A stretch of 64,000 nucleotides of DNA. Source: an uncultured cyanobacterium. Lineage in GTDB: Bacteria > Cyanobacteriota > Cyanobacteriia > Cyanobacteriales > Nostocaceae. Of this stretch, positions 1 through 10,987 are shown piece by piece. The notes under the pieces are model-generated. The model searched no databases, was not told the origin of the DNA, and was given only the letters and a program-made list of their open reading frames with translations. The stretch is from NCBI GenBank assembly GCA_963740315.1, contig CAVUDP010000002.1, forward strand, positions 2,496,001 through 2,560,000, given 5' to 3'. A program made the translations under genes and the position numbers. Within the stretch, counting starts at the first letter, position 1. Each line of letters begins with the position of its first letter.

Positions 1-437
1 ATGCAAAAATCAATCAATTTCACTCTGACTAGAAATGAGTTACCGTTTCAACACATAACAAACACCGCCAGTATATACGTATCAAATAGTATTGATACAT
101 TTAGCTTATACTTTCACCAACTTACTATTTTATTGCATTTACAGTATCCCAATTTTCCTGTCATCAAAATTTAATAAAACTTAAAGTATAAAAAATAACT
201 TTAGTTAACAAAAAAGTCTCTGAATTTGCGAGAAAATCAGAAATATATCGATAAATACTTTGCGTTCCAAGAACTAAAAAAGAATACTTAAAAATCAAAG
301 TCTTCAAACTTATACGTTATAATTCAGTTAGATGCGTGTGAGAGTGACGTGAGAAATGCGTTACCAAGCAATAATGAGTTTGTTTACTTGTCAGTACCAT
401 GTATGGAACTGATGTTTAATATAACGGAGAAAAGCAG

Positions 438-800
438 ATGACTATCCCTCGATTCCAGGAATTTTTGCAAACCCCCGATGCAGTAAAGACACATTTGTGT
501 TTTGATAACACACCTTTGGAGTTAAAATCTCAATTTAATCAGAAGCTTAAACAATCGACGTTTATATTACCTCCAGTTTTTTCTCACATGGACTTCCTAT
601 TGATTCAAATACTGTCTGAGACTGGGTATGGTAAGTTTAATGTCACCATTGAAAAGAAGAATCACGAATTTTTAGTGCATATAAACAGTCACCTCAGTCA
701 ACGGTACTTTTTGAGTAAAAAGGAATCAGAGACTATGGATGAAGCATACCAGCAAATAATCAAAACTTGGAAAAACTGGTGGTTATCCGAGCTTCGCTAA
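438..800 (+). CDS. Hypothetical protein (120 aa)
   Basis: ORF with a GGAG Shine-Dalgarno-like sequence upstream (cggagaaaagcagATG) and a terminator-like hairpin downstream. No recognisable domain. Confidence 0.55.
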   Translation: MTIPRFQEFLQTPDAVKTHLCFDNTPLELKSQFNQKLKQSTFILPPVFSHMDFLLIQILSETGYGKFNVTIEKKNHEFLVHINSHLSQRYFLSKKESETMDEAYQQIIKTWKNWWLSELR

Positions 801-922
801 TAGGTGGTAATTATTCCATCCCAAACTAGACGAGAATTTTTGCGATCGGTTCATATCCATGAATCATATTTAATATCTGCAAAAAATAACATACGGGGCT
901 TTCGATGAACAAGAAGTTTACG

Positions 923-955
923 AGCCGGTAAGTGAGAAATCACTACCGGCTTTTT
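923..955 (+). terminator. Intrinsic terminator-like hairpin
   Basis: AGCCGGTAAGTGA-gaaa-TCACTACCGGCT followed by a T run. Confidence 0.6.
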
Positions 956-1008
956 GATTAAAAACCACTGGGATATCTATAACCCAACGAACTTTAGGAG
1001 TATTAATC

Positions 1009-1236
1009 ATGATCCGTAACAAATACAGTCGATTGTTTAAATGGACTTTCAGATTTATCAAGTACTTTTTTTTAGTACTAATTGGTTTTTCTATAGCTTT
1101 TGTTCTAGCTGCGGGGGTAGGTATTTTGGGTATGGCAACTCAACTATTTCCGTTAATTTTTGCCGGAATTGGGCGTATAGGGATAATTTTGCTGTGTTTC
1201 ATCGCTATAACAATGATTATTGAATCTTTGCGATAG
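1009..1236 (+). CDS. Small membrane protein (75 aa, two hydrophobic segments)
   Basis: AGGAG upstream of ATG; basic N-terminus followed by two TM-like stretches. Confidence 0.6.
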   Translation: MIRNKYSRLFKWTFRFIKYFFLVLIGFSIAFVLAAGVGILGMATQLFPLIFAGIGRIGIILLCFIAITMIIESLR

Positions 1237-1269
1237 TTTGTTGAAAGCAATTGCAGAATCAAATATTTT

Positions 1270-1417
1270 AGAGGACGTTTTAAAAGGCTTTTATTATGTG
1301 ACTTCATAATCAACACGGCTCCCGCATATGTGTATATGGTAAAACCTTGATTTCTCGCTCTAAAGCTGAATCCTTACGGTTTTAACTATATCGGACTGCA
1401 CTTTTAAAACATCCTCT
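1270..1417. mobile_element. MITE-like element with 17-bp terminal inverted repeats
   Basis: AGAGGACGTTTTAAAAG (1270-1286) and CTTTTAAAACATCCTCT (1401-1417), one mismatch. A lone copy of the right end is at 11436-11453. Confidence 0.55.
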
Positions 1418-1630
1418 TAATCAATCGAAATACAAGGTAGAATTCCATCTTCTTTTAATCAGCAACGCGATCGAAAGTATCTTCTCACGTCGTCGGTCGT
1501 GCATCCTACTTTACTATTGTTTAGAGATAGTAGAACTAGATTTTTTTGAATTTTTTCTCATAAATTGGTCAATAAAAAGCCTGGTATTACTCCAGGCTCT
1601 GTTTTTAATTAATTCAATTCCATCATAACT

Positions 1631-1864
1631 ATGAAACGCAACACAAGTAAGTCTTCTGAAAAAATCAGTTACATTTTTGTTCGCTTATCTACATGGACGG
1701 GATATATTATTGCTTTGCTAGCAGTTTTTTTAGTTGCAATTAACAAAAATCCAGAAGGGATTAACCTCATACCTGTAGCAAATTTATTTTTTGAAGCCGC
1801 AAAAATTACTATGGAGTTGGAAGAAGGTGTGAAAGAATCGAATAAACGTTTAAAGCAGAAATAG
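1631..1864 (+). CDS. Small hypothetical membrane protein (77 aa)
   Basis: ORF with one hydrophobic segment and a charged C-terminus. Confidence 0.45.
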   Translation: MKRNTSKSSEKISYIFVRLSTWTGYIIALLAVFLVAINKNPEGINLIPVANLFFEAAKITMELEEGVKESNKRLKQK

Positions 1865-1933
1865 ACTGACGCGGATTTGATTCAGCCGTGGTGTGTCTGC
1901 AAGTTTTCCTAAAATCCAAATATAAAAGCAGAA

Positions 1934-2281
1934 ATGCCGGGAGTTACCGATGCATTTGTGGGTGCGGCTTGGCTGGTTGAAAATGGCAAACCAAAACCCG
2001 CGAATTACTTTGATTTTCTTCAAGGTGCCGATGGGGTGCGCTTCCGAGCTTTTTGGGGAATCAATAAAGCGGCAGTTCCCGTTATCGGTATTTCAAACAA
2101 AAAACTTGATTCCGCAAATCTTGCTCAAGTCTTGAGTGAAGTTGGAATACAAGATGCTGTAATGCTCGATTCGAGTGCGAGTAAGTCTTTAGTTTACAAA
2201 GGAAAATCTTTGGTGGGTTATACACCCCGCCCGGTACCTGATGCGATCGCGCTGATTGACAGCAAATCTGCTTGTAAGTAA
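1934..2281 (+). pseudogene. C-terminal fragment of a phosphodiester-glycosidase-like (NAGPA/DUF2233-type) domain protein
   Basis: RAFWGIN...DAVMLDSSAS..SLVYKG..GYTPRPVP resembles the C-terminus of much longer cyanobacterial proteins; the N-terminal part is absent. Confidence 0.45.
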
Positions 2282-2455
2282 GTTTTTTAGTTTTGGTAAT
2301 TATTGTAATTATTCTCAGGCAGGCTTAATAGTCTGTCTTTTTTATTGTGATTTTTCTATAGCTAATTGTATTTAATTAGCTATTTGAAAGCATTTTGTTT
2401 ACTTCCGAGCGCCACGAGCATTAAATTTAGAATATGCTCGAAAAGGTATGACTGC

Positions 2456-2821
2456 ATGGGTGCTGATAAAGAAATTAAACGTGAGGCTGTATTTCAACCA
2501 GAATTTTTGGAAGATGAAGTCACATTAGAAGAAGCAACCAAAAATTTAGATAGCCTTTGCCATCAAATTGCTGAAGCAGATAAAGTAATTTTTATTAACA
2601 GACCCGATGGTAAGAATGTGGTATTAATTTCTCAATCGGAGCTTGAAAGCTTATTAGAAACTTTGTATCTACTTCGTTCGCCAACAAATTATGCTCGCTT
2701 ATTAACTGCTCTACAACGTGCAAAAGCAAAAGTTATCGAACCTCAAGATATAAATGCATTATATGAAAAATTTGGGCTAAGTGAAGATAATACTGATAAT
2801 GACATTGCAGCTGCAAGCTAA
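2456..2821 (+). CDS. Phd/YefM-family antitoxin with an extra N-terminal segment; no toxin gene downstream
   Basis: INRPDGKNVVLISQSELESLLETLYLLRSPTNYARLLTALQ matches the YefM pattern. ATG at 2456 preferred to TTG at 2366. Confidence 0.7.
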   Translation: MGADKEIKREAVFQPEFLEDEVTLEEATKNLDSLCHQIAEADKVIFINRPDGKNVVLISQSELESLLETLYLLRSPTNYARLLTALQRAKAKVIEPQDINALYEKFGLSEDNTDNDIAAAS

Positions 2822-2943
2822 TGATAAACCAAAAATCTTTTTAGTCCTCCAAAAGAGGACTTTCGCTCCACCGATTTGGGTTTGCAACCCTTCTTCGAGT
2901 TAACGATTTGATTTATCTAACAACTCAACTTTGCAGTCATGAT

Positions 2944-2976
2944 GGTGCGTTACGCTAACGCGATAACACACCCTAC
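2944..2976. repeat. GTAG-type REP-like hairpin (GGTGCGTT...AACACACCCTAC family)
   Basis: Related copies at 43631-43662, 42957-43019 and 11350-11385. Confidence 0.55.
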
Positions 2977-3135
2977 TATTAATTATGAATTGGGCTACAA
3001 CTATCAACTAACCACTAATACAACAAAAAACCGGGGAACAATACTTACCCGGTTCGGTCATTTTTTACAGAATCCTCAGTAACGTAGGGACACGCTTATA
3101 TGGTGTCCCTATTCACTTATTGATTTTTATTAAAA

Positions 3136-4215
3136 CTATACTTTCGCAGTGGACTTGGTTTTAGCAGAAAGTTCGCCACTAGCATACTTAGCAGCAAACT
3201 CATCTAAAGGAATTTGCTTGATCTTGCTAGCATGACCAGCAGTACCAAAGGCTTCATAGCGATCCAAACAAACCTGCTTCATGTACTTGATGGAAGGCTT
3301 GAGGAAGTGACGGGGGTCAAAGTTAGATGGATCTTTCGCAGCAGCTTCGCGGAAAGCAGCTGTGATTGCCAAACGGTTGTCGGTGTCAATATTCACCTTA
3401 CGTACACCACTCTTGATACCTTTCTGAATTTCTTCAACAGGTACACCGTAGGTTTCAGGAATCTTACCACCGTACTTATTGATCATATCCAACCACTCTT
3501 GAGGAACGGAAGAAGAACCGTGCATTACAAGGTGGGTGTTAGGTAAACGTTTGTGGATTTCCTCAATTCGGCTGATTGCCAAAACTTCACCAGTAGGCTT
3601 ACGAGTAAACTTGTAAGCACCGTGGCTGGTTCCGATCGCAACTGCTAGGGCATCAACTTGAGTTCTTTCTACAAATTCAACAGCCTCGTCGGGATCTGTT
3701 AAAAGTTGTTCTTTGCTGAGTTTTCCTTCAGCACCGTGTCCATCTTCAGCTTCACCCATTCCAGTTTCCAAAGAACCCAAACAACCAAGTTCTCCTTCCA
3801 CAGAAGCACCAACTGAGTGAGCTACTTTCACAACTTCAGCAGTAACATTGACGTTGTACTCAAAGCTAGCTGGAGTTTTCGCATCAGCTTCGAGGGAACC
3901 ATCCATCATCACGCTGGTAAAACCGTTGCGAATTGCAGAGTAGCAAGTTGCAGGGCTGTTACCGTGATCCTGGTGCATAGCAATGGGAATATTTGGATGG
4001 GTTTCCACTGCTGCCAAAATCAGGTGACGCAAAAAGTTTTCTCCGGCATACTTACGCGCACCGCGAGAAGCCTGTAAAATCACGGGGCTATCAGCTTCAA
4101 CAGCAGCTTCCATGATTGCTAGGATTTGCTCCATGTTATTGACATTATAAGCCGGGATGCCGTAACCGTTCTCAGCAGCATGATCCAGCAACAGACGCAT
4201 TGGTACGAGCGCCAT
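3136..4215 (-). CDS. fbaA: Class II fructose-bisphosphate aldolase
   Basis: [19 protein letters not shown] start; [20 protein letters not shown] and KVNIDTD motifs. Confidence 0.97.
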   Translation of the reverse strand: MALVPMRLLLDHAAENGYGIPAYNVNNMEQILAIMEAAVEADSPVILQASRGARKYAGENFLRHLILAAVETHPNIPIAMHQDHGNSPATCYSAIRNGFTSVMMDGSLEADAKTPASFEYNVNVTAEVVKVAHSVGASVEGELGCLGSLETGMGEAEDGHGAEGKLSKEQLLTDPDEAVEFVERTQVDALAVAIGTSHGAYKFTRKPTGEVLAISRIEEIHKRLPNTHLVMHGSSSVPQEWLDMINKYGGKIPETYGVPVEEIQKGIKSGVRKVNIDTDNRLAITAAFREAAAKDPSNFDPRHFLKPSIKYMKQVCLDRYEAFGTAGHASKIKQIPLDEFAAKYASGELSAKTKSTAKV

Positions 4216-4353
4216 ATATATTCCTCCTAATTTGGTTATTAGCTAATCCGTTTAAGACAAGCGTAATCTTTACGTTAATCTTAATATTATTTTCAACTTA
4301 TAGGAAATTATAACTATTTATGCGTACCTATGTTTAAAAAGTTTCTATATATC

Positions 4354-4556
4354 AGGTCAAAGGTCAAAGGTCAAAGGTCAAAGGTCAAAGGTCAAAGGTC
4401 AAAGGTCAAAGGTCAAAGGTCAAAGGTCAAAGGTCAAAGGTCAAAGGTCAAAGGTCAAAGGTCAAAGGTCAAAGGTCAAAGGTCAAAGGTCAAAGGTCAA
4501 AGGTCAAAGGTCAAAGGTCAAAGGTCAAAGGTCAAAGGTCAAAGGTCAAAGGTCAA
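4354..4556. repeat. Perfect heptamer tandem repeat (AGGTCAA)x29, STRR
   Basis: 203 bp uninterrupted array read directly from the sequence. Confidence 0.95.
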
Positions 4557-4681
4557 TTCCTAACTACCATCTCCTTGTCCCCTTGTCTCCCCATCTCCCA
4601 ATCTCCCCATTTCCCCATCTCCCCCGAACCCCATCCCTCAATGATTAAATCAAGGAATAAAGAAAAGTTATTCTTCTTAAA

Positions 4682-4753
4682 TGGGTAGCCTGGGATTCGA
4701 ACCCAGAACAAATCGGTTAAAAGCCGAGTACTCTACCATTGAGTTAGCCACCC
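4682..4753 (-). tRNA. trnK: tRNA-Lys (anticodon UUU), CCA not encoded
   Basis: Reverse complement GGGTGGC-TAACTCAATGGTAGAGTA-CTCGG-CTTTTAA-CCGAT...GGGTTCGAATCCCAG-GCTACCC-A folds as a cloverleaf. Confidence 0.95.
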
Positions 4754-4819
4754 AATCGCGTTTTTGCGCGACTGACTTATGAATAATAGCATAGAACCCT
4801 ATTGTTTTGTAAAGGGGTT

Positions 4820-5689
4820 TTAGGAAAAAGTTGCTGTGAGACGAATCATTGCTGATTTAGTAGCTCCAGGTTCTAATACAGTTAAGTGTTGTTTGGTGTT
4901 CATTGCATTACGTGGTCCGCTCCAAGGTTCTAAGCAATAAAAGTCTTTTCCTTTCACCGTCCAAAACACCAAGGTAGAAAATAGATCGTCGTATTCCAAG
5001 GTCATTTTTAAATTACGACCTTTATCTATGACGCTGGCAGATTTTCCACTTAGCTTGTTAAATGCAACGTCAATTTCATCCTGACTAAAATCAAAGTTAC
5101 CGTTAAATGAGTGAACTTCCTGGCTATCTTTCTTTTGAAACTCATGAGAAGGAATGTCAAACTCTAGCTGACTTTTATCGTGAGTTAAGAAGTAGGGATG
5201 AAAACCCACTGAAAAAGGCATCGCTTCGGAAGATTTATTCGTAAATTCTTGGAGTATTGTTAGTGTATTGCCATGCAGCTGATAGGTGAAATTCACTTCA
5301 AATTCAAAAGGATAACCTTTATAGGTTTCTTCATTGCTGTTGAGAGCAAGTTTAAGAGAAACATTATCTACAGTAACTTCTTCTCTTACAGACCAAGGTA
5401 AATTACGAGCAAAGCCATGTTGTTTGAGCTTAAAATCTTTACCGTTTAAAGTGTAAGTATCTTCAGGTAAATTTCCGCAAATTGGAAACAAAATCGGATT
5501 TCCACCTCTAATGCTCATTTCCGGATTCTCGAATCGTTCTTCATCCAGATAAAAAACGTCTTTACCGTCAATGCGCCACTTTGAAGCGATGCCGCCACGT
5601 TTTGGTAACACCTCTAACTCAGACTTAGCTTTTTCGTCACTCAAGATGTAAGTTTCGTACTGTCTTTGTTCGACATTTATAGAAAACAT
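4820..5689 (-). CDS. Aldose 1-epimerase family protein
   Basis: RGGNPILFP, QHGFAR, GFHPYF and FYCLEPW motifs. Confidence 0.9.
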   Translation of the reverse strand: MFSINVEQRQYETYILSDEKAKSELEVLPKRGGIASKWRIDGKDVFYLDEERFENPEMSIRGGNPILFPICGNLPEDTYTLNGKDFKLKQHGFARNLPWSVREEVTVDNVSLKLALNSNEETYKGYPFEFEVNFTYQLHGNTLTILQEFTNKSSEAMPFSVGFHPYFLTHDKSQLEFDIPSHEFQKKDSQEVHSFNGNFDFSQDEIDVAFNKLSGKSASVIDKGRNLKMTLEYDDLFSTLVFWTVKGKDFYCLEPWSGPRNAMNTKQHLTVLEPGATKSAMIRLTATFS

Positions 5690-5700
5690 AATTCAAACGA

Positions 5701-5792
5701 GTTAGTTGTTAGTTGTTAGTTGTTAGTTGTTAGGACCACCGGAGTTAGGACCACCGGAGTTAGGACCACCGGAGTTAGGACCACCGGAGTTA
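5701..5792. repeat. STRR (GTTAGTT)n followed by four copies of the 15-mer TAGGACCACCGGAGT
   Basis: Read directly; one reverse-complement copy of the 15-mer at 39773-39787. Confidence 0.85.
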
Positions 5793-5895
5793 AGAGTTAA
5801 AAATAATTACTCCCCCCTCTTCCCCCTCCACCCCCTCTTCCCCATTACCCTATCACCCTACCTTTGACATGCAGACCTTTAACCTTTAACCGGCG

Positions 5896-6930
5896 TTACT
5901 CGTCTTCAGCAAAAATAAACCGATATAACTCGCTCGGATCTGGTTCGGGACTGCTTTCGGCGAATTCTACGGCTTCGTCAACGGTTGCTTGAATTTTGCG
6001 CTCTATATCTTTGAGTTCTTCTTGAGAAGCTAAAGAAAGCTCGACTAGATAAGTTGCTAATTTCTTGATGGGATCGCGAGAAAACCAAAATTCTTTTTCT
6101 TCTTTACTACGCATTTCGTCTGGATCTGCTAAGGAGTGACCCCGAAAACGGTAGGTAAGTGCTTCAATTAATGTTGGACCTTCTCCTGCACGAGCGCGTA
6201 ATACTGCTTCTTGGGCAGCGGAACGAACTGCGAGTACGTCCATGCCATCAACTTCTACTCCAGCAATACCGAACGCGCTAGCTTTCTTGTAAATTTCTGG
6301 TACGGAAGTTGCGCGATCGTGAGACATTCCAATTGCCCACTTATTATTCTCTACCACAAAAATAATTGGCAGTTTCCATAATGCTGCCATATTTAATGTT
6401 TCATAAAATTGACCGTTATTGCAGGCTCCATCACCGAAAAAGGCTGCTGTAACTTGGTCTGCGGTTTCATCTCCCATGACTTCACGACGGTACTTAGTTT
6501 GAAAAGCAGCCCCTGCCGCTACAGGAATACCTTCAGCAACAAATGCATAACCACCCAACAAACCATGTTCTTTGGAAAACATATGCATTGAACCACCGCG
6601 TCCTTTGCTGCAACCAGTCGCTTTACCAAATAACTCCGCCATTACTTCTTTTGCAGGAACTCCGGCACTCAAAGCATGAACGTGGTCGCGGTAGGTGCTG
6701 CAAACAAAGTCTTCACCCGGTCGCATTGCTTTAATTACACCGCTAGCTACTGCTTCTTGACCGTTGTAGAGGTGAACAAAACCAAACATTTTGCCTCTGT
6801 AGTACATTTCGGCGCACTTGTCTTCAAACAGTCGCCCTAAAACCATGTCTTCGTATACTCGCAGACCTTCTTCCTTGGTTATTTGTGCGGTAGTCGCATT
6901 GAAATCGGGTAAAGTGCGTTCTTGAATCAT
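5896..6930 (-). CDS. pdhA: Pyruvate dehydrogenase E1 alpha subunit
   Basis: [21 protein letters not shown]...ENN TPP motif, [12 protein letters not shown]. Confidence 0.97.
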   Translation of the reverse strand: MIQERTLPDFNATTAQITKEEGLRVYEDMVLGRLFEDKCAEMYYRGKMFGFVHLYNGQEAVASGVIKAMRPGEDFVCSTYRDHVHALSAGVPAKEVMAELFGKATGCSKGRGGSMHMFSKEHGLLGGYAFVAEGIPVAAGAAFQTKYRREVMGDETADQVTAAFFGDGACNNGQFYETLNMAALWKLPIIFVVENNKWAIGMSHDRATSVPEIYKKASAFGIAGVEVDGMDVLAVRSAAQEAVLRARAGEGPTLIEALTYRFRGHSLADPDEMRSKEEKEFWFSRDPIKKLATYLVELSLASQEELKDIERKIQATVDEAVEFAESSPEPDPSELYRFIFAEDE

Positions 6931-7608
6931 TATTTTTTGTAAAAACTCCGTGGTAACACTTAAACAGATAATTTTAGGAAATTGGCTCTTTGTTTCTATA
7001 GACGCAGCCTTAAGCTGTTAGTTTAGAAAATTATAAGTAATTAAACTGCTATACGTTTATAGATTACCGTTTCAGGATATCAATATTCTGCATTTTCATT
7101 GACAAATTAAAAAAAAAGCCAGCAAATATCCCGAATATCTCTGTAGATATTTGTACTTAAAGCACAATTGTGATAGTATCTTTTTCTCATTCGGGGAAAA
7201 AAATTAGCAAGTTGATACTTTTATTTCTTAATTATCGGCAAAAATCTTTATCAAATGAAGCTATTGTCCTTTTCGTACACAAGTATTCTTGTACTGCAAC
7301 GTTTATTTAACGTTTATTTATAGCGTGTATTTAACAATGTAGTTGCAATCTTGGTAATATCTAAATTATCGGGGCGTTAAAAATAGCTGTTAAATATCAG
7401 CACATTTAACTATTGGGGGGGTTCAATGGCGCTTTAATTTACACTTCTTAACGAGTACTTGACTCTATCTTAAGGGAGGTATAAGTAAAGTTGTTGCGAT
7501 ACACACTTGTAGTGTGATGGCTAAGGGTTATTATTATGGCACGGTTTTACAAACCCAAGAATTTATTAAGAAAAGTTTATTAATGAAAGCTGAGCGGGGA
7601 AGTAGGCT

Positions 7609-9924
7609 GTGCAAATTCCGCTAGATTATTACCGGATTTTAGGAATACCGATGGCGGCAAGTGACGAGCAGTTAGCGACTGCATACAGCGATCGCATTGT
7701 CGGATTGCCGCGACGTGAATATTCAATGCAGGCAATTGCATCTCGAAAAAAACTTATAGAAGAAGCATACGTGGTTTTATCAGATCCCAAAGAACGCAAG
7801 GAATACGACCGAGTTTATCTGACACACGCCTATACTCCTGAATCCGGGCGCGATAGTAGGGTGGCGGTTGGAGAACGGGTATTAGGTACTCAGACAGAAA
7901 TTAAATCTACCACTTTAGGTATTGACATTTCTGCTTCTGAATTGATCGGCGCTTTAATGCTTTTGCAAGAGTTGGGAGAATACGAACAGGTTTTAAAATT
8001 GGGTCGTCCATACCTAGTTAATCAAAATGGGAAAGCGATCGGTAATTTAGGCGAGCCACCAAGCCAAGCACAACTCAGCCCAGAACAAACCGCTCAACGT
8101 CCGGATGTGGTTCTCACCGTCGCCCTTGCCTGCTTAGAACTAGGTCGCGAACAATGGCAGCAAGCTCACTACGAAAATGCGGCTGTCTCCTTAGAAACTG
8201 GTTTAGAACTGCTATGCAAAGAAGGATTATTTCAAAGCGTTCAAGCTGAAATAGAAGCGGATCTCAATAGACTGCGACCTTATCGTATTTTAGAATTGCT
8301 GGCATTGCCAATAGAAAAAACTGCCGAACGACAACAAGGTTTGGGGTTATTAGAGGAAGCACTAGATCGACGCGGTGGTATTGATGGCACTGGCTTTGAC
8401 CAATCTGGTTTAAATGTAGATGATTTTCTGCGTTTTATTCAGCAACTGCGCCACTATTTAACAGTCGCCGAACAACACAAGCTGTTTGAGGAAGAAAGCA
8501 AGCGTCCCTCTGCTGTCGCCACCTACTTGGCTGTATATGCTTTGATAGCACGGGGATTTACTCAACGTCAACCTGCTTTAATCCGTCAAGCAAAACAAAT
8601 GTTGATTCAGTTGGGTAAACGCCAAGACGTACACTTAGAGCAATCTTTGTGTGCCTTACTTTTAGGACAAACTCAAGAAGCAACTCGTGCTTTAGAATTA
8701 AGTCAGGAGTACGAAGCTTTAGCTTTCATCAGAGAAAATTCGATTGATTCTCCCGATTTGCTTCCCGGACTATGTTTGTACGCAGAAACTTGGTTGCAAA
8801 ATGAAGTATTCCCTCATTTTCGGGATTTGAAAGAACAGCAAGCTTCTTTGAAAGAATACTTTGCCGATGGTCAAGTGCAAGCTTATTTGGAAGCTTTACC
8901 AAAAGATACTCAAGTAAATCAAGCAAATCGCCAGTCTGCTCCTCAAAGTAATCAAAATACTCAAAATAATCAAAATTCTAATGTCGTTTACCGAGAATTT
9001 AATAACCGCAGGCAAACACCACCGGGGTATCAACAAACAAATAATGATGCCCCTAGCAGACCGACTCCCGTAACACCTATTAACGAAACACCAGTATCTG
9101 CGGGACCGCTTCCCACGAATGAACGCTTCAGAGGTAACAGCCACCCTCAAAATGGTTCTGCAAAAGCGATCGAAGCGCCAGCTTCGCGGGCGATCGCCAC
9201 GGGTAAACCGGATCGACCAAACAGTCGCAGAAGACGCAAGCAAAGCGATATTCCTAATTCTGGACGTGCTGTTGAACCTACAACTCGTCCCAGAGTAGCT
9301 AGAAAACGACACGCACCAAGCAGTTCGGCAAAAAGAACCCGTCTTCTAGGGTTAATTGTTGGATCTTTATCGGGTTTGTTAGTTTTATGGTTATTAGTAG
9401 GTGCTGCTGTAGGACTCTTACAAAATATATTTTCTCCAGCATCAATGCAAGGGGAACAGTTGAATATAAAGATAAATGAACTACCAATAGAAATACCACC
9501 ACCAAATAGTCAACCCATAGTAGATAACGGTACCTTAACTAAAGAAACCGCGCAAGAAATAGTTAGAGATTGGCTATCTATTAAAGGAAGTGCTTTGGGG
9601 AAAGATCATAATATTCAAAGTTTAGACAATATTTTAACAGGTACCGCTCTTAATAGTTGGCGAATAATTGCTCAAGAAGTTAAAGCAAAAAACCGCTATC
9701 GAACCTTTGAGCATAACATTAAGATTGAATCCGTCGATACAGTTCCCAATAACGATAATCAAGCTGCTATTGAAGCAACTGTAACTGAAGAAGCGAACTT
9801 CTACGAAAACAGTCAATTAAATCAACAAAGGTCTTATAACGACACAATACGAGTTAGATATATGCTGGTTAAAATTAGTGGAAAATGGCGCATTAAAGAA
9901 ATGTCAGTTGTGAATACAAATTAA
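7609..9924 (+). CDS. ftn2: Cell division protein Ftn2/ZipN (ARC6 homolog)
   Basis: N-terminal IPLDYYRILG J-like domain, DLLPGLCLY, one TM segment and a C-terminal IMS/DUF4101-type domain. Confidence 0.92.
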   Translation: MQIPLDYYRILGIPMAASDEQLATAYSDRIVGLPRREYSMQAIASRKKLIEEAYVVLSDPKERKEYDRVYLTHAYTPESGRDSRVAVGERVLGTQTEIKSTTLGIDISASELIGALMLLQELGEYEQVLKLGRPYLVNQNGKAIGNLGEPPSQAQLSPEQTAQRPDVVLTVALACLELGREQWQQAHYENAAVSLETGLELLCKEGLFQSVQAEIEADLNRLRPYRILELLALPIEKTAERQQGLGLLEEALDRRGGIDGTGFDQSGLNVDDFLRFIQQLRHYLTVAEQHKLFEEESKRPSAVATYLAVYALIARGFTQRQPALIRQAKQMLIQLGKRQDVHLEQSLCALLLGQTQEATRALELSQEYEALAFIRENSIDSPDLLPGLCLYAETWLQNEVFPHFRDLKEQQASLKEYFADGQVQAYLEALPKDTQVNQANRQSAPQSNQNTQNNQNSNVVYREFNNRRQTPPGYQQTNNDAPSRPTPVTPINETPVSAGPLPTNERFRGNSHPQNGSAKAIEAPASRAIATGKPDRPNSRRRRKQSDIPNSGRAVEPTTRPRVARKRHAPSSSAKRTRLLGLIVGSLSGLLVLWLLVGAAVGLLQNIFSPASMQGEQLNIKINELPIEIPPPNSQPIVDNGTLTKETAQEIVRDWLSIKGSALGKDHNIQSLDNILTGTALNSWRIIAQEVKAKNRYRTFEHNIKIESVDTVPNNDNQAAIEATVTEEANFYENSQLNQQRSYNDTIRVRYMLVKISGKWRIKEMSVVNTN

Positions 9925-10096
9925 TTGATTTATAACAATTAAATAACTATAAATATTGGCACTGACTTTATTACTTATTTAACCAGCGCCCTAAAGCAAT
10001 AAGCTTTTTCTTTAATCAGTTACCGCTATCTAAGTTAATAATATTAAATAGCATCATTATTTAATCTCAGTATTTGCATAAAAAACACAACTCGAA

Positions 10097-10987
10097 TCAA
10101 CTAGTCTCAAGAGTGAAGAAAGTTAATTCTGGCGGACAGAACAAACGTATCGGTACAATACTCATACCAATACCAACATTAATATAAAGATTATTGCCCG
10201 GTTTGCCGTAACCTTTTACCCAACCATCAGCAAAAACTTTATCCTCTTGAGTAAATTTTAACCACGACCATTGAGGAGAATTGGGTATGCGTACCTGTCC
10301 CCCATGAGTATGTCCTGCTAGTGCCAGTGGCGCTGAGTTAGCAGGGAACTGCTCAAATGTATCTGGATTGTGCATCAGGGCAATTCTAGGGCTGCTGTCT
10401 GGTACATCCTTTAAAGCTTGCTGCACGTTATCTCGATTTGCCCAACGCGAATCCACGCCGACTAAGTACAAAGGCTCATTACTACCGGATAGCTGCATTT
10501 TTACGGCTTCATTGTCTAATACTTTAATCCCTGCTGTCTCTAAGGCTGTCTCTACACGATTTGCCAACTCAGTATTGGGTGATGCCGTCTTGCTACTCAT
10601 ACCGTAGTCATGATTTCCTAACACTGCATAAGTAGGAATACCAGCTTCAACGATGGGACGGACTAAATTGACGGCTGTCTCAATTTTTGGTTCGGGATTG
10701 GGGGTAGCGTGATAGATAAAGTCGCCAGCGATTAAGACAGCAGCAGGTTTGGCTTCAATTAACTTATCAACGTTATTACGAACAGTGTCGGGATTGCCAC
10801 CCCACATTCCAATTTGAAAATCGGCAATTACACCAATTTTCTTTCCCTGCCAAGTCTTCGGGAGATTAGGAATTTTAGCAGTTTCATTTTCTATGTCGAA
10901 AATATGTGGCTCGATGAAGCTCCAGATTGCAAGTAAAGCAACTACTCCTCCCAATCCCATCGCAATATATTTTAATTTGTTAGACAT
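10097..10987 (-). CDS. Calcineurin-like metallophosphoesterase with N-terminal anchor
   Basis: IADFQ, AGDF, LGNHD, HNPD and AGHTHGGQ motifs. Confidence 0.9.
   Translation of the reverse strand: MSNKLKYIAMGLGGVVALLAIWSFIEPHIFDIENETAKIPNLPKTWQGKKIGVIADFQIGMWGGNPDTVRNNVDKLIEAKPAAVLIAGDFIYHATPNPEPKIETAVNLVRPIVEAGIPTYAVLGNHDYGMSSKTASPNTELANRVETALETAGIKVLDNEAVKMQLSGSNEPLYLVGVDSRWANRDNVQQALKDVPDSSPRIALMHNPDTFEQFPANSAPLALAGHTHGGQVRIPNSPQWSWLKFTQEDKVFADGWVKGYGKPGNNLYINVGIGMSIVPIRLFCPPELTFFTLETS

Noticed and set aside
4330..4563. ORF encoding (RSKVKGQ)n
   Set aside because: Translation of the AGGTCAA tandem repeat
4682..4753. tRNA-Lys as an integration site for a genomic island
   Set aside because: No integrase gene, and I saw no duplicated tRNA 3' end in the window; the flanks are housekeeping genes
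7143..7156. GTA-N8-TAC NtcA-like box between pdhA and ftn2
   Set aside because: No correctly spaced -10 element on either strand, and a 6-bp pattern is frequent by chance in AT-rich DNA
7282..7295. AGTAT-N4-GTACT, near the cyanobacterial LexA box
   Set aside because: One mismatch in the core, more than 300 bp from either start codon, and no supporting context
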